Below, one piece after another: positions 59,957 through 64,000 of a stretch of 64,000 nt of DNA. The notes under the pieces are model-generated. The model did not search any database and had not been told where the DNA came from. It saw only the letters and a program-made list of their open reading frames with translations. The stretch is from Alkalispirochaeta sp. Lineage in GTDB: Bacteria; Spirochaetota; Spirochaetia; DSM-27196; Alkalispirochaetaceae. Every line of letters starts with the position of its first letter. Position 1 is the first letter of the stretch. A program made the translations under genes and the position numbers. Where the stretch lies: assembly GCA_965601925.1 (NCBI GenBank), contig OZ271854.1, positions 3,168,001 through 3,232,000 of the forward strand, in the 5' to 3' direction.

Positions 59957-60660
59957 GTTGGAACGAGCTGCGCGCACAGACTCTGGAGGCGAACCGAGCG
60001 GTCGTGGAGGCGGGGTTGGTCCTCCTCACGTGGGGCAACGTGAGCGTGCGCCACGCTACCGAGCCGGTTATGGCGATCAAACCGAGCGGCGTCGCCTACG
60101 ATGAACTCACACCCGAGTCGATGGTAATCGTCTCGATCGAAACCGGGGAAACGGTCGACGGCGCGCTTCGTCCCTCCTCCGATACCGCGACCCATCTTGA
60201 ACTCTACCGATCGTTCCCCGCCGCCGGCGCGGTCGTTCACACGCACAGCACCTACGCCGTCGCATTTGCTCAGGCGCATCGCGACGTACCGATCCTCGGT
60301 ACGACCCACGCCGACCACTTTCGCGACGCCGTACCGGTGACCCGCGAGATGACTCCCACGGAGGTCGCCGAGGACTACGAGGGCAATACCGGCAGAGTAA
60401 TCGTCGAGACCTTCAAGACGCGCGGCATCGATGCCGCCGATGTTCCCGGCGTGCTGGTTGCAAGCCACGGCCCTTTTGCGTGGGGTAAGAGCGCCGTCGG
60501 GGCGGTCGAGAATGCGATCGTGTTGGAGGAGTGTGCGCGTATGGCACTTACGACGTCGGCGATCAATCCGTCGGTGTCACGCGCACCGCAATATCTGACG
60601 GAAAAGCACTTCCTCCGCAAACACGGCTCCGGCGCGTACTACGGGCAAGGGGCGCGGTAG
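59953..60660 (+). CDS. araD: L-ribulose-5-phosphate 4-epimerase
   Basis: TWGNVS, IKPSG, PSSDT.TH, HTHS, GTTHAD, HGPF.WG and HFLRKHG..AYYGQ. Confidence 0.97.
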   Translation: MSWNELRAQTLEANRAVVEAGLVLLTWGNVSVRHATEPVMAIKPSGVAYDELTPESMVIVSIETGETVDGALRPSSDTATHLELYRSFPAAGAVVHTHSTYAVAFAQAHRDVPILGTTHADHFRDAVPVTREMTPTEVAEDYEGNTGRVIVETFKTRGIDAADVPGVLVASHGPFAWGKSAVGAVENAIVLEECARMALTTSAINPSVSRAPQYLTEKHFLRKHGSGAYYGQGAR

Positions 60661-60897
60661 TACCGCCGTACCCGGCTCTTCCGCTTCGCTCGATATCGAT
60701 CCGTCCTATGTGACGTCGCGTCTCAGTCGGTCGCGGTACAACGGCGTCACGCATCCTTCGGTTGTCCCGCCCCGATGAGTGCGCCGCCGGCTGCAGTCCC
60801 CGCGCAGCCGATGCGACTTCGCACCGCCGCCGACGGGTGAGGATTGCGTTATGCGACGACGACTGCACTGATTTATCCGGTACATATGTAGTTTTCC

Positions 60898-60928
60898 TTG
60901 ACCTGGAGTGCGGACCAGCTTGTATGGT
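60898..60928 (+). promoter_or_regulatory. MerR-type promoter (19-bp spacer with dyad)
   Basis: TTGACC-19-TATGGT containing CTGG-agtgcgga-CCAG. Confidence 0.7.
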
Positions 60929-60934
60929 TGTCTC

Positions 60935-61366
60935 GTGAGCACGGCTAAATCGATTAGCGAAGTCGCCATTGAAACGGGTCTGACCATAGATGCACTCAGG
61001 TATTACGAGAAGATCGGACTGATCCCGGAGTTAACGCGTTCTCCGAGTGGGCATCGTATCTACTCCGAGGCGGATGTCACGTGGATTTCGTTCCTTATTC
61101 GACTGAAAGCGACCGGCATGTCGATTGTTCACATGAAGAGGTTCGCGGCTCTCCGTCGTCACGGTGACGTTTCGGTTCCCGAGCGAATCGAAATGCTCAA
61201 AGAGCATCGGCGCGAAATCGAACGGAGGATCGACGAGCTTGGGTCGTTCCTCCATATGATCGATGCAAAAATCGAGCGACATGAAACGTTTTTAAAACGA
61301 AGGGGAGGGGGGCGAGGCAGTGGACACAAAGCGAACATGGCTCGCGGATATCATCCAAGCGAATAG
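60935..61366 (+). CDS. MerR-family regulator (AdhR/NmlR-like)
   Basis: SISEVA..TGL...LRYYEKIGLI, GHRIY and W..F..RLK.TGMSI. Confidence 0.9.
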   Translation: MSTAKSISEVAIETGLTIDALRYYEKIGLIPELTRSPSGHRIYSEADVTWISFLIRLKATGMSIVHMKRFAALRRHGDVSVPERIEMLKEHRREIERRIDELGSFLHMIDAKIERHETFLKRRGGGRGSGHKANMARGYHPSE

Positions 61367-61907
61367 TGATTTTCGGAGTCGGATCGATCGCGAAATCCTT
61401 CCGGTGTCGCGTCGGCCGGGGAATGTCGTGATCACGTGCATGGATCCGCGCATCAATCTCGCCGCCATCGGTATCCGACCGTTTTCCGACGTCGGCGAAG
61501 GGTACTCACCCACGCGAATCATACGCACGATCGGTGGCGTCGCCGATGATCGTTCGTTGATCGTAGGACTGCATCTTGCCGGAATAACGGAAGTTGTCGT
61601 ACTGATGCATACCGATTGCGGATGTTCGTCGGCGTTTCATAACGTTGATAAAATCGAAGCGCACATGATCAAAAGTCTCGATGAGCATTCGATGGACCGC
61701 ATTCGCCGATCCGTCGGAGAACCATTTATCGAGAAGCTTCGCGACCACTTGCACGCGTTTAACGATCCGTATCGAGCGTGCAAAGATGAGGTGGCTCGCA
61801 TTCGGCGCCTTCCCTTCGTTCCCGAGTACACCGTGATTCATGGATTGGTTTATGATATCGAAACCGGTGCGGTCGACGTCGTCGCAAACGGATACGTAAG
61901 CCCTTAG
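61320..61907 (+). CDS. Beta-class carbonic anhydrase (clade D-like)
   Basis: Zn ligands TCMDPR and HTDCG; GLVYDIETG. Confidence 0.88.
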   Translation: MDTKRTWLADIIQANSDFRSRIDREILPVSRRPGNVVITCMDPRINLAAIGIRPFSDVGEGYSPTRIIRTIGGVADDRSLIVGLHLAGITEVVVLMHTDCGCSSAFHNVDKIEAHMIKSLDEHSMDRIRRSVGEPFIEKLRDHLHAFNDPYRACKDEVARIRRLPFVPEYTVIHGLVYDIETGAVDVVANGYVSP

Positions 61908-62338
61908 ATTCTCGTTCATTGTACTATTATCTCTCCGTACTTCGAACGTTCGGTGGAGTGCGACGAGAGCCGCGCTGTCTGTCATCCGCCGTTACGCCGG
62001 CGCAGCCAAGCTCCCTCGTCACGACTTTTGCGCGCACAAAGCCGGCGCCGATCCCGCCGCTGCACGCCGAGGCGCGCATTGACCGCATCATTGGAGTTGA
62101 CGGCTGTTTTCGGGTAGTCGAGATTCATCTCCGGACTTCGGTGCGGCACACGAAAATTCTGAAACAGCGGCAAAACTCAGAAGAAAAGATGGCGCCGGTA
62201 GGAGTATACTCGTCATTGATGATTCAAATGGTCGTGTTTGATTGTGACCACGGCTGACGGCAACGGCGGCTGAATGGCAGGTTCAGCGGTGACCGTTGCG
62301 ATGGCCTGTGTTTATCGAGATCGGGGTCCGATCAGTGA

Positions 62339-62407
62339 CTGATCGATGTCTTCCGCGAAACGCTCGGTATGACGCCGGGGCGATATCGAAAGGAGGGGCG
62401 GAGATGA
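62339..62407 (+). pseudogene. 3' remnant of an AraC-family gene
   Basis: Translates LIDVFRETLGMTPGRYRKEGRR*, matching the downstream AraC tail (MTDVFRQKLGVTPGRYRTE); bounded upstream by an in-frame TGA at 62336. Confidence 0.7.
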
Positions 62408-63297
62408 CCACGCACGCAACGTCATTGGCGGATCACTACCATACTCACGAGGGCTATCGTAGGTTCACCCAAGAGCACAGGGACGGTGGGGCCAACGGTA
62501 TTCACTTCATCTTGGCCGATCAGCACGCTCATAACTTTACCGACCCGGCTACTGAAGAGTTGGTTTTGAATCTGTCTTTGAAATCGGACATGTCGTTTCG
62601 GTGGAATATCGGGGATGGTTGGACCGCGGAGCACAGAGTTCGGTCCGGAAGCCTGACTGTTTGCCCCATCGCAACTCAGATTGAGTACGATTGCGGCGGA
62701 GACCATCGAATTCTTATGGTCGCTTGTCCAAAGCGTTATCTGCAGTCTCTCTTGGATGAGTATGGGTTCCGGTCTTTTGATGTCCTGAGCCCGCTCAATA
62801 GTCAGACGATCGTCAATGACGGGTACATCGCGAGAGTCTTGCGGGATATGTGGCATTTCAGTGTTCGCCAAGACTCGGCCGCGCCGATGATGATCGATGG
62901 GATGTGGCAAGCGGTGGTTTCCCAACTGTTGCATCGGGTGCACATCACCACGCAGCGCAAAACAACGGCCCTCGGAGCCCAAGAGATCGACAAGCTGGAC
63001 GCGTTTCTCTTCGATCGCCTCGATACATCGCTTGGAGTCGACGACCTCGCAGCGGTCCTGGCGATGCAGCCCGTGCCCTTCTCGCGCAGTCTCAAGCAGC
63101 GAACCGGTCAGACGCCCTACCAATACGTCCTATCGCGCCGCATCGCCCGCGCGCAGGAACTGCTCGCCGAAGGCGACCTGCCGCTTGCCGAGATCGCCTA
63201 TGCCTGCGGCTTTGCCTCCCAGAGCCACATGACCGACGTGTTCCGCCAAAAGCTGGGCGTCACTCCGGGGCGCTATCGGACCGAGGTGTGTGCGTGA
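62404..63297 (+). CDS. AraC-family regulator
   Basis: TGQTPYQYV..RRI.RA..LL and LAEIAYACGFASQSHMT. Confidence 0.92.
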   Translation: MTTHATSLADHYHTHEGYRRFTQEHRDGGANGIHFILADQHAHNFTDPATEELVLNLSLKSDMSFRWNIGDGWTAEHRVRSGSLTVCPIATQIEYDCGGDHRILMVACPKRYLQSLLDEYGFRSFDVLSPLNSQTIVNDGYIARVLRDMWHFSVRQDSAAPMMIDGMWQAVVSQLLHRVHITTQRKTTALGAQEIDKLDAFLFDRLDTSLGVDDLAAVLAMQPVPFSRSLKQRTGQTPYQYVLSRRIARAQELLAEGDLPLAEIAYACGFASQSHMTDVFRQKLGVTPGRYRTEVCA

Positions 63298-63738
63298 GGC
63301 TCGTTCCGCTTTACTAAAGGTGTCGTCGTCCCGGCGTACCGACGCGTTGAGGCTACTGCGGCGATCGGGGTGACGGTCGGCCCGCGTGACCCGGCAACGT
63401 GGCATACGGCTTGTCTCCGTCACCCGGCGGATGCCGCACTCCCGATTCATCGAAAACGACACGATGAGGGCCGCAACGGAATTCAGAACTCCGCCGGTAA
63501 ATCCGGAATACGGCCCACCTGGATCGCTCTACACTCCCTCATAACATCAAACCCGGTCGTCGAGGACGCGCGATCGACAATCCGGAAAGGAGACGAGATG
63601 GATGTACGAAACGGTGTGTAGCGTCGTGTTTGACGACGAATCTTCGGCCTACAGCCGGTTGAACGACCGCCCGATGCGGGATGGGCCGCGGGTTTCATTC
63701 TCAGAGCAATCGGCAACAGAGAAACAGGAGGAAAAGAG

Positions 63739-64000
63739 ATGACGGACAGCACAGGCGTACCGCCGGAACCGGTGTTTGATCGCGTGCATCACGTCGGCAT
63801 AAACGTATCTGATCTCGATCAATCGGTCGGCTTTTACCGCGACCTCTTGGGTGTCGAGCCACTGTTCGTGAACGACATGCGCGGCGGTGGACTCGCACGC
63901 GGCGCCGGTGTCGACGACCCGGATCTGCGCTTTTGCCTGATGAAAATTTCGAACGTCGTTTTGGAGCTCATCGAGTGGCGCTCGCCGCGCAGCGAACCGC
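63739..64000 (+). CDS. VOC/glyoxalase-family protein (5' part; runs off the right edge)
   Basis: RBS AGGAGG; MTDSTGVPPEPVFDRVHHVGINVSDLDQSVGFYRDLLG...LELIEW. Confidence 0.85.
   Translation, partial: MTDSTGVPPEPVFDRVHHVGINVSDLDQSVGFYRDLLGVEPLFVNDMRGGGLARGAGVDDPDLRFCLMKISNVVLELIEWRSPRSEP

Noticed and set aside
61919..62257. 112-aa ORF after the carbonic anhydrase
   Set aside because: No RBS, no motif and atypical composition.
1..64000. CRISPR arrays, tRNA/rRNA genes, transposases, integrases, defence systems; frequent TCGA/CGATCG words
   Set aside because: None recognised by eye. The palindromic words appear to be a genome-wide compositional bias rather than a localised repeat, and I did not count them.

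Overview
A GC-rich bacterial chromosomal segment, densely coding, with no rRNA, tRNA, CRISPR array or recognisable mobile element. The solute-binding proteins have N-termini like 'AFAGGGQE', 'AAGGQGE' and 'AFAAGEQE', which suggests a free-living spirochaete (inference). In order: a TRAP/SDR/GH38 alpha-mannosidase operon with a divergent GntR; serA-serC with an Lrp regulator; a GlxA-type AraC regulator; a ChvIG/CreBC-like two-component system with creD; a cheA-cheW-mcp-cheR-cheD-cheB-REC cluster; a second GH38 with LacI and a sugar ABC system; an M48 peptidase; a GntR regulon (four ATTTTGTATACAAAAT-type boxes) linking a split transketolase, 2-hydroxyacid dehydrogenase, tripartite tricarboxylate transporter and xylose-isomerase-like enzyme, with a BKACE enzyme alongside; a PII-like + PTS EIIA + MbhA-H-like Mrp antiporter operon; a stressosome-like rsbRST module with an RsbX-histidine kinase fusion followed by a REC-PAS-GGDEF(degenerate)-EAL protein; aat; a glyoxalase/ring-cleavage dioxygenase; a LacI-controlled araA/araBD locus; MerR + beta-carbonic anhydrase; AraC with an upstream AraC remnant; and a partial VOC gene. 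The best candidates for undescribed biology are (1) the kinase-free isomerase/transketolase acid-sugar regulon, (2) the sensor-less stressosome wired through a phosphatase-kinase fusion to c-di-GMP breakdown, and (3) the PII/EIIA-coupled minimal Mrp module with a Lys->Arg change in its only MrpD subunit. All calls come from reading motifs by eye; no database searches were run.
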